64,000 bases of DNA from NCBI GenBank assembly GCA_035687505.1, contig DASRWV010000087.1:7204-71203 (forward strand), read 5' to 3'. A program made the position numbers and the translations under genes. Shown in pieces: positions 26,498 through 36,009 of this stretch. The notes under the pieces were generated by a model. That model had not been told where the DNA came from. It made no database searches and saw only the letters and a program-made list of their open reading frames with translations. Numbering within the stretch: position 1 is the stretch's first letter; each line of letters starts with the position of its first letter. The DNA comes from Nitrosotalea sp. (GTDB taxonomy: Bacteria > Chloroflexota > Dormibacteria > Dormibacterales > Dormibacteraceae).

Positions 26498-27819
26498 TCA
26501 AAGAACCACCAATCAAACCGACCGTCGCGCCTGCGGTTGCGGCACTCCCCGGCGAAGAACGCGTCCTGCGTGCGGCGGAGAAGGCTCTAAACGGGGAGAC
26601 CCGAGGCCTGCGTGCGCTGATTCCGTTCCTCGGACCCGCATTTGTCGCCGCCGTCGCATACGTCGACCCTGGAAACTTCGCGACCAATATCGCCGGCGGC
26701 GCGCAGTACGGCTACATGCTGCTGTGGGTTGTGCTCGCGGCAAACCTCATGGCGATGCTGGTCCAGTCGATGAGCGCCAAGCTCGGCATCGCGACCGGCC
26801 TCAACCTGGCCGAGGTCTGCCGCGAGAGGTTTCCCAGAGGAGCGACGATCGCTCTCTGGATCCAGGCTGAGGTCATCGCGATGGCGACCGATCTCGCCGA
26901 GTTCGTAGGTGCCTCGATCGGTATTCACCTGCTGTTCCCGGCGATCCCACTCTTCGTCGCCGGGATCATGACCGCGATCGCCGCCTTCGCGATTCTTTCC
27001 CTGCAGGCGCGAGGCTTCCGGGGCTTCGAAGCGGTTATCGCGGCGCTCGTCGGCGTCATCGTCGCAGCATTTGCGTTCGAGGTCATCCTGGCCAGGCCTT
27101 CCGTGACCGGAGTCGTAACCGGCCTGATCACGCCACGCTTCGCGGGCACCGAGAGCGTCCTCTTGGGCGTCGGCATCCTGGGCGCCACAGTCATGCCCCA
27201 CGTCATCTACCTGCACTCCGCTCTGACGCAGCGGCGGGTCGTCGGGGTGACTGAGGTCGAGAAGCAGAAGATTTTCAGGTTCGAGAGGTGGGACGTGATC
27301 ATCGCGATGGGTCTGGCCGGGGTCATCAACATCGCCATGCTCACGATCGCCGCGGCGGCGCTCCACGGGCGCAACGTGGGGGACATCCACAGTCTCGAGC
27401 AGGCGTTCCATGCGCTCGGCCTCACGCTCGGGCATGGCGCGGACATCTTCTTCGGGCTTGGTCTTCTGGCGTCAGGGCTCTCGTCCTCGTCGGTGGGGAC
27501 GCTTGCCGGTCAGGTTGTGATGCAGGGCTTCATCCGCCGCAGCATTCCACTCTTCTTGCGGCGGACGATCACCATGGCGCCCGCCTTGCTCGTGATCGGG
27601 ATCGGCTTCGACCCCTCGCGTGCGCTGGTGCTCAGCCAGGTGGTGCTCTCTTTCGGCATTCCGTTCGCGCTCATCCCACTGCTGGTCTTCTGCCGCGACC
27701 GCGAGCTCATGGGCACCCTGGTCAATCGCAAGGTGACGACAGTGGTCGCCACTGCGGTCGTGGCGGTGATCTTGAGCCTCAACGTGTTGCTTCTCTATCT
27801 GCTGATCACAGGTCGGTAG
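26494..27819 (+). CDS. mntH: Nramp-family divalent metal (Mn2+) transporter
   Basis: Nramp signature AYVDPGNFATNI. 441-aa polytopic protein. GTGA overlap with the regulator gene. Confidence 0.9.
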   Translation: MIKEPPIKPTVAPAVAALPGEERVLRAAEKALNGETRGLRALIPFLGPAFVAAVAYVDPGNFATNIAGGAQYGYMLLWVVLAANLMAMLVQSMSAKLGIATGLNLAEVCRERFPRGATIALWIQAEVIAMATDLAEFVGASIGIHLLFPAIPLFVAGIMTAIAAFAILSLQARGFRGFEAVIAALVGVIVAAFAFEVILARPSVTGVVTGLITPRFAGTESVLLGVGILGATVMPHVIYLHSALTQRRVVGVTEVEKQKIFRFERWDVIIAMGLAGVINIAMLTIAAAALHGRNVGDIHSLEQAFHALGLTLGHGADIFFGLGLLASGLSSSSVGTLAGQVVMQGFIRRSIPLFLRRTITMAPALLVIGIGFDPSRALVLSQVVLSFGIPFALIPLLVFCRDRELMGTLVNRKVTTVVATAVVAVILSLNVLLLYLLITGR

Positions 27820-27825
27820 AGAAAC

Positions 27826-28089
27826 CTAGGTCTTGCCGCCGCCTCCCAGGAGGTCCCTCGCGCGTTCGAACTCTTCAGCGGTTATCTCACCTGCGGCAAA
27901 ACGCCGGGCGAGGATTTCCTGAGGCGTCTCTCGCGCCGACTGTGTCGAGACAGCGCCGACAGGAGAGACGGTCGTGCCTGAGCTCCGAACGCCCCAGACG
28001 ATCAATGCGACGATGCCGATGCCCCCGATGACCACCAGGAGCACCAGAAACAAGAAGAACATGCTGAATCCCACAGGTTGGTACTCCAT
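27826..28089 (-). CDS. SHOCT-domain small membrane protein
   Basis: N-terminal TM plus C-terminal ILARRFAAGEITAEEFERARDLL (SHOCT). Confidence 0.7.
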   Translation of the reverse strand: MEYQPVGFSMFFLFLVLLVVIGGIGIVALIVWGVRSSGTTVSPVGAVSTQSARETPQEILARRFAAGEITAEEFERARDLLGGGGKT

Positions 28090-28143
28090 AAGAATCCTCC
28101 CGAGGCCGAGTCACGACCCCGCGACGACAATACACTCGTTTCG

Positions 28144-29187
28144 ATGAAGCTAGGCGTCAGCGTCGGCTACTGGAGTTTCGGCCTGACCGCGGCAGACCAG
28201 CTCGAGGTCGCGCGCACCGCCGAAGACCTTGGTTACGACTCCATCTGGACGGCCGAGGCTTACGGCTCAGACGCGGCCACGGTGCTGGCCTGGCTGGCGG
28301 CCCAGACCAGCAGGATCAAGCTGGGCGCAGGCATCTTCCAGATCCCCGCCCGAAGCGCGGCGATGACCGCGATGACAGCCGCGACGATCGACCAGCTCTC
28401 GGGCGGCCGGTTTCTGCTCGGCCTGGGCACGTCTGGCCCGCAGGTCTCGGAAGGCTGGCACGGTGTTCGCTTCGCCAAGCAGCTCCAGCGCACCCGCGAA
28501 TACGTGGCGGTCGTGCGGATGGCGCTTGCGCATCAGAAGGTCGAGTTCCACGGCGAGACCCTCGACCTTCCGCTGCCGGACGGTCCCGGCAAGGTGCTCA
28601 AGCTCACCATCCGGCCGGCGCAGGACCGCATCCCGATCTATCTGGCAGTGCTCGGGCCGAAGAATGTGGCCCTGGCGGGCGAGATCGCGGACGGCTGGCT
28701 GCCGGTCTTCTTCTCGCCGGAGCACACCGCTGCGCTGCGTGCCCCGCTCGAAGAGGGCGCTGCGCGGGCGGGACGTTCGCTCGACGGCTTCCGGATCTGC
28801 CCGAGCGTCAACGTGATGATCAGCGACGACGTCGAGTCGGCGCGCAACGCGATGCGGCCGATGCTTGGGCTCTACGTCGGCGGGATGGGATCGCGTGAGC
28901 AGAACTTCTACAACCGCCTCGTCTCCTCGTACGGCTTCGAGCGCGAGGCGCAGAAGGTCCAGGAGCTTTACCTGGCAGGTCGGAAGACCGAAGCGATGTT
29001 CGCCCTGCCGGACGACTTGATCGACGCAGTCAGCATCGCCGGATCGCCGCAACGGGCCAAGGAACGGCTCAAGGCGTTCCGCGACGCGGGAGTCGAAACG
29101 CTGATCGTCTCGCCGATGGCCCTGGACAACGAAGAGCGCAAGAAACAGCTCCACGTAGTCGCCGAACTAGCAAAGGATCTCGAATGA
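28144..29187 (+). CDS. LLM-class (luciferase-like) flavin/F420-dependent oxidoreductase
   Basis: MKLGVSVGYW...LGYDSIWTAEAYGSDA...GRFLLGLGTSGPQVSEGWHG. Start trimmed to ATG 28144. Confidence 0.75.
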   Translation: MKLGVSVGYWSFGLTAADQLEVARTAEDLGYDSIWTAEAYGSDAATVLAWLAAQTSRIKLGAGIFQIPARSAAMTAMTAATIDQLSGGRFLLGLGTSGPQVSEGWHGVRFAKQLQRTREYVAVVRMALAHQKVEFHGETLDLPLPDGPGKVLKLTIRPAQDRIPIYLAVLGPKNVALAGEIADGWLPVFFSPEHTAALRAPLEEGAARAGRSLDGFRICPSVNVMISDDVESARNAMRPMLGLYVGGMGSREQNFYNRLVSSYGFEREAQKVQELYLAGRKTEAMFALPDDLIDAVSIAGSPQRAKERLKAFRDAGVETLIVSPMALDNEERKKQLHVVAELAKDLE

Positions 29188-29195
29188 ATAGAGTC

Positions 29196-29237
29196 GCTTC
29201 CCCACTTGTGGGGAAGCCGGCGCGCGAAGCGCGCCGG
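29196..29237 (+). terminator. Tandem GC-rich hairpins downstream of the LLM gene (no U-tract)
   Basis: GCTTCCCCA-CTTG-TGGGGAAGC (29196-29217) and CCGGCGCGC-GAA-GCGCGCCGG (29217-29237). Confidence 0.4.
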
Positions 29238-29274
29238 ATGGGGATGGGGGCGAGCCCTCGGGCAGCAGCCGTGA

Positions 29275-30891
29275 ATGAGTAGCAACCAGCCGCCGCCGCT
29301 CGTCGATTACAACCTCTTCGAGGCCGACGCGCCGCTGCGCGAGGCGTTCGAGCGAGAGGGCGCGGCCTGGGCCCAGGATATGGTTCACGATCTCGGCCGC
29401 CTCGCCGGCACCCAGGAGGCGATCGACTGGGGATTCCAGGCCAACTCCAACCCGCCGCAGCTCCGCACCCACGATCGATTTGGCAACCGCATCGACGAGG
29501 TCGAGTTCCACCCGGCCTGGCACCGGCTGATGGAAGTGGCGATCGGTCACGGGCTCCACGCCTTGCCATGGCGCGAGCCGCGTCCCGGAGCGCACGCTGC
29601 GCGCGCCGCGGCCTTCTACATCTGGTCGCAGGTCGAGGGTGGGCACGGGTGTCCCGTGTCGATGACCTACGCGGCGGTGCCGGCATTGCGCCAGCAAAAG
29701 GACCTCGCCGAGAAATGGGAACCACTCATGACGACTCTCGATTACGACCCCGGCTTGCGGCCCGCATCGACAAAGAGAGGGGTCCTCTTTGGGATGGCGA
29801 TGACCGAGCGGCAGGGCGGCTCGGACGTGCGCACCAACACGACGCGCGCGGTGCCGACCGGCACGGACGGCGAGCACTTGCTCAGCGGACAGAAATGGTT
29901 TTGCTCGGCTCCCATGTGCGACGCGTTCCTCGTCTTGGCTCAGGCGCCTGGAGGTCTCTCGTGTTTCTTGCTGCCGCGCGTTCTTCCCGACGGGACGCGC
30001 AACAACTTCCACATCCAACGGCTCAAGGACAAGCTCGGCAATCGATCCAACGCATCCTCGGAGATCGAGCTGAGCGACGCATGGGCAGTGATGGTCGGGG
30101 AGGAGGGGAGAGGAGTGCGGACGATCATCGAGATGGTCAACCACACACGTCTCGACTGCATCATCGGCTCCGCCTCGCTGATGCGGCAGGCCGTCGCCCA
30201 GGCCACGCATCACACCGCGCATCGAAGCGCGTTCGGCAAGCTGCTCAGCGAGCAGCCGCTCATGGTCAACGTGCTCGCGGACATCGCGGTGGAGTCGGAA
30301 GCGACGACCATCTTGATGATGCGCCTCGCGGGTTCCCTCGACCGAGCGTCCGATCCCGCCGAGTCCCTATTCCGCCGACTGGCGCTCGCGGTCGCCAAGT
30401 ACTGGACGTGCAAGCGCGCGATCGCTGTGGTCGCCGAAGCGCTCGAGTGTCATGGAGGCAACGGCTACGTCGAGGAGTCGATACTGCCGCGGCTTTATCG
30501 CGAGGCTCCGCTCAACTCGATCTGGGAGGGTGCGGGCAACGTCAACGCGCTCGACGTGCTGCGGGCGATGCGGCGCGAGCCCGAGTCGGTCGCAGCATTT
30601 CTTGCCGAGGTGGACCTCGCCGGCCCGGACGTCCGGCTCGATCGCGCCGTCGCCGATCTCAAGCGCGAGCTGTCGAACGATGCAGAAGTCGAGTCGCGAG
30701 CCCGCCGCGTAGTCGAGCGAATGGCAGTGATATTGCAAGGCTCACTCTTGATGCGCTTCGGCGATCCGGCCGTGGCGGAGACGTTTTGTGCATCACGTCT
30801 CGGCGGAGATTGGGGCCATTCGTTTGGCACTCTGGCATCGAGTCCAGAGCTCGCTTCGGTCGTCGAGCGTCACCGCCCGCGTAACTTATAG
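29275..30891 (+). CDS. Acyl-CoA dehydrogenase family protein (AidB-like)
   Basis: 538 aa with an AidB-type N-terminal extension (NLFEADAPLREAFEREGA...) and ACAD core motifs (MTERQGGSD, HGGNGYVEE). Confidence 0.8.
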   Translation: MSSNQPPPLVDYNLFEADAPLREAFEREGAAWAQDMVHDLGRLAGTQEAIDWGFQANSNPPQLRTHDRFGNRIDEVEFHPAWHRLMEVAIGHGLHALPWREPRPGAHAARAAAFYIWSQVEGGHGCPVSMTYAAVPALRQQKDLAEKWEPLMTTLDYDPGLRPASTKRGVLFGMAMTERQGGSDVRTNTTRAVPTGTDGEHLLSGQKWFCSAPMCDAFLVLAQAPGGLSCFLLPRVLPDGTRNNFHIQRLKDKLGNRSNASSEIELSDAWAVMVGEEGRGVRTIIEMVNHTRLDCIIGSASLMRQAVAQATHHTAHRSAFGKLLSEQPLMVNVLADIAVESEATTILMMRLAGSLDRASDPAESLFRRLALAVAKYWTCKRAIAVVAEALECHGGNGYVEESILPRLYREAPLNSIWEGAGNVNALDVLRAMRREPESVAAFLAEVDLAGPDVRLDRAVADLKRELSNDAEVESRARRVVERMAVILQGSLLMRFGDPAVAETFCASRLGGDWGHSFGTLASSPELASVVERHRPRNL

Positions 30892-30894
30892 GGA

Positions 30895-31665
30895 ATGCTC
30901 CAAATCGAAGAGATCCCGAGCGCGTGGCGGAATTCGCCAGTTTCGGAGGTTCCGCCAGGCGAGCTCGTCCTCGTCACCGACTTCGACGGCACCCTGGCCG
31001 AGATCGTTCCGGATCCCAACGACTCGGGTGCGCTGCCTGAAGCCCTCGAGGCGCTCAGCCGGCTCGTCCGCCTACTCGCCGACGTCATCGTGCTGAGCAG
31101 CCGCACTCCCGAACAGCTCGAAAAGCTCGTTCCGATATCCGGTGTCCGGCTCATAGGTGACAGCGGCCGGGCGATCCCGCGACACGCGCAGAGAGAAACG
31201 CTCGAACGATTCAATGCGGACGTCGCCGTGGTGCTCGAGCGGATTCCGGGCGCGTGGCTCGAGGTCAAGCCGTCGAGCAGCGCGATCCACCATCGCAAGA
31301 CCGAGCTGAGCGGTGAAGAGATGCTGGCGCTCATCCAGCCCCTGCTCGAAGGAAGGCGCCTGGTCGCGGATCTCGGACGGAAAGTGATCGAGGTCCACGC
31401 TCCCAATGCCGGGAAGGGCACCGCGCTGGCGGCATTGATCCCGGCCGAAGATCCCGGCGGAGTCGTCTGTTTCGGCGACGACGAAAACGATCGATCGATG
31501 TTCGATTACGTGAGCTCGCTCGAAACCCCGCACATGTGCGTCGGCGTGACCTCGCCGGAAGCGCCGCGCGGCCTGTTCGATCGTTGCGACCTGGTGGTCT
31601 CCGGGCCGGAAGAGGCAGTGGCTCTTCTCAACGAGATCGTCGAGTGGGCCGAGTCGGCCACATGA
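30895..31665 (+). CDS. otsB: Trehalose-6-phosphate phosphatase (HAD superfamily)
   Basis: LVTDFDGTLAEIVPDP (DxDGT), GKGTAL and GDDENDRSMF motifs. otsA is nearby. Confidence 0.8.
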   Translation: MLQIEEIPSAWRNSPVSEVPPGELVLVTDFDGTLAEIVPDPNDSGALPEALEALSRLVRLLADVIVLSSRTPEQLEKLVPISGVRLIGDSGRAIPRHAQRETLERFNADVAVVLERIPGAWLEVKPSSSAIHHRKTELSGEEMLALIQPLLEGRRLVADLGRKVIEVHAPNAGKGTALAALIPAEDPGGVVCFGDDENDRSMFDYVSSLETPHMCVGVTSPEAPRGLFDRCDLVVSGPEEAVALLNEIVEWAESAT

Positions 31666-31895
31666 AGCAGGAGCCGAAGAAGGCACCACCGGCTTTGCTC
31701 CTCCGGTGGGAGGCCCTCGACACCTGGAAGCAGCTGGCGATCTCTTTTCCTGTGTTTGCGATCGTCACGTTCCTGATCAATATCGGGCCCTTCTACCAGC
31801 CAGTGCCGCGCTCGATTCTCTACGGCCTGTTCGAGGGCGCCGTGTTGAGCGGGCTGTTGGCGGTAGTGTCCAGGAGCGAACGCGCGAAGCGCTGA
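31662..31895 (+). CDS. Small membrane protein (77 aa), translationally coupled to otsB
   Basis: ATGA overlap with the otsB stop. Two predicted TM segments. Confidence 0.5.
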   Translation: MKQEPKKAPPALLLRWEALDTWKQLAISFPVFAIVTFLINIGPFYQPVPRSILYGLFEGAVLSGLLAVVSRSERAKR

Positions 31896-31902
31896 GCTTT
31901 CT

Positions 31903-31974
31903 TTGGCGCCAATTACGTCGTTTTGGCGCCAAATCGACCTCTCGCTAGCGCCTACTCCGTGGTTTTGGCGCCAA
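31903..31974. repeat. Three copies of the 10-bp palindrome TTGGCGCCAA
   Basis: Copies at 31903-31912, 31923-31932 (12-bp palindrome TTTGGCGCCAAA) and 31965-31974. Spacings are 20 and 42 bp. The third copy lies in the last codons of otsA. Confidence 0.7.
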
Positions 31975-33541
31975 CTGCACCTAGTTCAGGGCGAGGCGAT
32001 TCAACCTGTAACCGGGCGCTCTGGCCCGGGCCGACCAGATCTCGCAGGTCCTGCACCTGGTTGCTGATCCACCGCGCGATATCGTTGGCGCGCACGACCT
32101 CCCGCGCGGCCTCGTTCCTGCGGTGACGCTCTTCAGGCGCCATCGTGAGGCCTGCATATAGCGCTGCGGCGGTGGCCTCGACGTCGAAGGGATTGATCGA
32201 CAGCACGTGCTCCCGCAGCTCCTCGTGTGCGCCGGCGTTCTCCGACAGCACGATCACCCCGTCGTGTTGGTTGACCAGCGCACCCTCTTTCACCACGAGA
32301 TTCAGCCCGTCGTAAACCGGGTTCACGAGCAGCACGTCGAAGTTCTTCAACGCGGCGATGGCTTTGCGCTCGCTTTCGGCGATCTCGAGCCGGATGGGCA
32401 CCCACTCGTACTCACCGAATTTCTGGCCGAACTCACTGTTGATCCGGCCCGCGGACTGGCGGATCTGGCGAAGGTAGCGGCTGTAAACCGCGACGTCCTG
32501 CCGCGACGGCTGTAGAAAGGCCCAGAACTGGACCTTGCCGCGCAGCTCCGGGTGATACCGCAGCAGCTTCTCGTACGCGATGAATCCCCGCACGATGTTT
32601 TTGGACGGATCTGTGCGGTCGATGCGCGCGATCAGATATTGAGGACGCCAATGCGAGAGGTCGTGCTCCTGCCGCTTGACGCCCCGCGATTCGGCAAGGC
32701 GCATGGTCCTCTGAACGTCGACCGAGATCGGGTAGTGCCGCGCGTAGATCACGCGTCCGCCCGACACCACTGCCCGCTCGCGCTCATCGACCTGAAGGCC
32801 TCCGTTCTCCTCGCAGGTCAACAGAAAGTTTCGGACGTCGAGGCTTGACTGGAAGCCGACGATGTCGCAACCAAGGATGCCCTCCAGGATCGCGTCACGC
32901 ATTTCCTTGGGCAGCACCTTCCAGTACTGAGGGGTCGGCCACGGCACGTGCACGAAGAGCTGGATCACCGATGTCGGGAGCTCCTTTCTCACCATCTGCG
33001 GCACGAGATACAGCTGGTAGTCGTGAACCAGGACCAATGGTCGTTTCGTTGCTGCGCGAGAGACTTCCACGACCCTGGCGGCCATCAGCCGGTTCACCTC
33101 GACGTATCCCTCTTTCCAGGCCTGGTGTATGCGATCGTCGATGACCGGCTCGTTGCCGAGGTCCCACAGGTAGTGCTGGATGAACCACAGCACCGGGTTG
33201 GCGATCACCCCGTAGTACATGTCGTACTGCTCGCGCGTCGGCGTTGCGTAATGGAGCCGGCCGTTCGAGTTCGGCAAGGTCACCGGCGCTGACACCCCGT
33301 TCTTTTGCGCCAGCGCGCGCTCCTCGTCGGTGCGCGCGCACGCCACCCAGTCCGCCCCTGTCGCGTCGGCCATCGTGAGCAGTGCTGTGATCACGCCACC
33401 GGCCCCGCGTGTGAACCCGCCGTCGGGCTTGGGCTCATGAGGCGCTCGGTTGCTGACCAGCACAGGGGAGTAGTCGGGGAGCGTGCGCGTCACGTACGCG
33501 CGCAGCGGTGACCCTCGGACTTCTTTTCGTCGGTCGCCCAA
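31952..33541 (-). CDS. otsA: Alpha,alpha-trehalose-phosphate synthase (GT20)
   Basis: PVLVSNRAP...GGVITAL..., LVHDYQLYLVP and other GT20 blocks. The TTG start is separated from the upstream stop codon by 2 nt. Confidence 0.9.
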   Translation of the reverse strand: MGDRRKEVRGSPLRAYVTRTLPDYSPVLVSNRAPHEPKPDGGFTRGAGGVITALLTMADATGADWVACARTDEERALAQKNGVSAPVTLPNSNGRLHYATPTREQYDMYYGVIANPVLWFIQHYLWDLGNEPVIDDRIHQAWKEGYVEVNRLMAARVVEVSRAATKRPLVLVHDYQLYLVPQMVRKELPTSVIQLFVHVPWPTPQYWKVLPKEMRDAILEGILGCDIVGFQSSLDVRNFLLTCEENGGLQVDERERAVVSGGRVIYARHYPISVDVQRTMRLAESRGVKRQEHDLSHWRPQYLIARIDRTDPSKNIVRGFIAYEKLLRYHPELRGKVQFWAFLQPSRQDVAVYSRYLRQIRQSAGRINSEFGQKFGEYEWVPIRLEIAESERKAIAALKNFDVLLVNPVYDGLNLVVKEGALVNQHDGVIVLSENAGAHEELREHVLSINPFDVEATAAALYAGLTMAPEERHRRNEAAREVVRANDIARWISNQVQDLRDLVGPGQSARLQVESPRPELGAVGAKTTE

Positions 33542-33543
33542 GG

Positions 33544-35763
33544 TTAGCTCTGCGCGCTCGCCCTCACCAACACCGAACGGTCGACAGGCACGTCACGCAC
33601 GCGTATCCCGGTCGCGCGCGCCAGCGCATTGGTCAGCGCCGCAGGGCCGGGGATCGCCGGCGGCTCTCCGACACCTTTGGCGCCGAGCGGTCCGACCGGT
33701 GACGGAACCTCGATCAGCTCGACGTCTATGTCCGGCAGCTGGTCTGCGGTCGGCAGCTCATAGTCGAGGAAGGAGCCACTCCGCAGCTGTCCTTCCGCGT
33801 CGTAGGCGAGCTGCTCGCCAAGCGCGCGCCCCAACGACTGCACGGCGCCGCCGTGCACCTGGGCCCGCACCTCGGGCGGGTTGATCGCGCGCCCGACATC
33901 CTGGATCGCGGCGTACCCGATCACCTGAAAGGCTCCGGTCTCCGGGTCGGTGCGCACCCGGGCGATGTGAACTGTGAACGCGGGCGATGCCCGCTCCACC
34001 GCAGAGCGGCCCATCGCCTGTATCGGCCGGTGGCGACCCATGAACTCAGTGCTGAGCGCGACGAGTTTCGTGATCTCGACAAAGCGGTCCGGCACGCCCT
34101 TCACAGTGACCCGCCCGTCGACAATTTCGAGGTCTTCGGGCGCAGCCTCGAGCTCCTCGGTGGCGATCTCCAGAAGCTGCCGCCTCGCTTCGAGCGCCGC
34201 TTCGTAAACCGCACCGCCCAGGCTGTAGGTCGACTGGCTGCCGGCCGCTGTCGGCCCGTGAGGCGCGACTGAGGTGTCGCCGACGTCGACGCGAACTTTC
34301 TCGGCTGAGATTCCGAATGCCTCGGCCGCGATCATGGCGAGCCCCGTCGAGGAGCCGCTGATATCGGGCGTTCCTATCAGTACCGATACGGTGCCGTCGG
34401 GCTCGACCCGGCAGCCCGCCGCCGCCGGCGAGCGTGCGCCGCCCCAGGATCCGAGCGCGACGCCCACTCCTTCATCAGGGCCCAGGGGAGCCGTGTAGAG
34501 CCGATGGCGACGTGCCGCCTCCAGGACCTCGACCATCCCGATCCGCGGCCAGGGTCTTTCGTCAGCGGCCAGGTCGCCTTCGCGCGAGGCGTTGTGCAGG
34601 CGGAGCTCGATTGGATCCATCCCGAGCTTTACTGCAAGCTCGTCCATCGCCGACTCCAGCGCGAAGTAGGCCTGCGGCCCTCCCGGTGCGCGGTACGCGT
34701 CGACGGGCGTCTTGTTGGTCGCGACCTCGTAGCCGACCAGGTCGAAGTTGGGGATGCGATACGTGCCGCCGAGGAACATGCCCGTGAGGCCGGCATGCCA
34801 GCCGCCGGTGGCCCCGTTGTCGTAGTCGTAGCGTGCGCGCAGCGCGACGAGGGTTCCGTCACGCTTGGCGCCGAGCTCGATGTCGAATCGCGCCGCCGGT
34901 GCCGGTCGGCCCACCACGAACTCCTGCTGACGGGTGAGAGACAGCCGTAACGGGCGCTTGACCTTGCGTGCAAGCAGGACAAGAAGGGGCTCGAGCAGGA
35001 TCACTTTCCCACCGAAGCCGCCACCAACCGCCATCGGGATGACCCGGACTTCGTGCGGCGCCGCGTCCAGCAGTTTGGCAATCTCGTCGCGGAGGGCGAA
35101 CGGGCCTTGTGTCGGCGCCCAGATGGTCACGCCACCGTCCGGCTCGGGCCTCACCACGGTGACATGCGGCTCGATGAACGATTGGTGGACGCCGGCGAGA
35201 CGATAGGTCGCCTTGACGATTGCATCGGCACCGGCAAGGCCGGCGGCCGCATCGCCGCGCTTGAACGTGGCGACCGCGCTCACGTTACGGGGCCGCTTGA
35301 CGGGTTCGGATTCCGCTTCGGTCGCGGCGCCGTGCATCGAGGCGTCGGCTTCGGAGCCTTCGCTGCCGGCCTCCAGCACCTCTGGGGCGCCTTCCAACAT
35401 GGCCTCATCGGGACCGGCGACGACCGGAAGCGGGTCGTAATCGACCTCGACAAGCGAAGCTGCGTCCCAGGCGGCGGCCTCGGTTTCGGCGATCACGGCG
35501 GCCACAGGCTGGCCCGCATAGAACACCCGTTCTATCGCCAGGGGTTTGTCCGGACCACTTGCCTCTACGTCTGGGAGGTCGGCCCCGACGACGACGGTGA
35601 CCACTCCAGGGGCAGAGAGCGCGGCGGCGACCTCGATGCTCCGGATCCTGGCGCTCGGCAGGTGGCTCAGCACCAGCTGGACGTGCAGCAGGCCTGGGAG
35701 CTCGAGATCAGCGGTGAACTTGGTCGACCCGTTGGCTTTGGCCCGGCCCTCCTGCCTACGCAT
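33544..35763 (-). CDS. Xanthine dehydrogenase / aldehyde oxidase family molybdopterin-binding subunit
   Basis: a/b-hammerhead plus Mo-cofactor-binding domains (RRQEGRAKANGSTKFTADLELPG..., GGGFGGK). Start at ATG 35763, or GTG 35784. Confidence 0.85.
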   Translation of the reverse strand: MRRQEGRAKANGSTKFTADLELPGLLHVQLVLSHLPSARIRSIEVAAALSAPGVVTVVVGADLPDVEASGPDKPLAIERVFYAGQPVAAVIAETEAAAWDAASLVEVDYDPLPVVAGPDEAMLEGAPEVLEAGSEGSEADASMHGAATEAESEPVKRPRNVSAVATFKRGDAAAGLAGADAIVKATYRLAGVHQSFIEPHVTVVRPEPDGGVTIWAPTQGPFALRDEIAKLLDAAPHEVRVIPMAVGGGFGGKVILLEPLLVLLARKVKRPLRLSLTRQQEFVVGRPAPAARFDIELGAKRDGTLVALRARYDYDNGATGGWHAGLTGMFLGGTYRIPNFDLVGYEVATNKTPVDAYRAPGGPQAYFALESAMDELAVKLGMDPIELRLHNASREGDLAADERPWPRIGMVEVLEAARRHRLYTAPLGPDEGVGVALGSWGGARSPAAAGCRVEPDGTVSVLIGTPDISGSSTGLAMIAAEAFGISAEKVRVDVGDTSVAPHGPTAAGSQSTYSLGGAVYEAALEARRQLLEIATEELEAAPEDLEIVDGRVTVKGVPDRFVEITKLVALSTEFMGRHRPIQAMGRSAVERASPAFTVHIARVRTDPETGAFQVIGYAAIQDVGRAINPPEVRAQVHGGAVQSLGRALGEQLAYDAEGQLRSGSFLDYELPTADQLPDIDVELIEVPSPVGPLGAKGVGEPPAIPGPAALTNALARATGIRVRDVPVDRSVLVRASAQS

Positions 35764-36009
35764 ACCGCGACCGTTCCGTTCCACGGGGCGATCATTGCAC
35801 GCCCGGGAAACGGACCTGGGCCCGCCTAAAACTTGACCGCATGGGGGCGTAGGCCCCAAGATGACGGTTGGAGTAGCGGGGCCATCGGAGGATGGCGGCC
35901 ATCGCCGGCGCACTCTCGCCCCGGTCTGACGGGAAGAGGGCGATGGATGTCGAGGGGAGCTTTCTCGTTTGCGTGCCTCCCCTCACACCTTGTTACCTGA
36001 GGAGGTTGT

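Noticed and set aside
35764-36009. Cobalamin or NiCo riboswitch upstream of the family-5 ABC transporter.
   Set aside because: No B12 box (GCCACTG-type) or other conserved riboswitch core was recognisable. Only generic GC-rich stems were seen.
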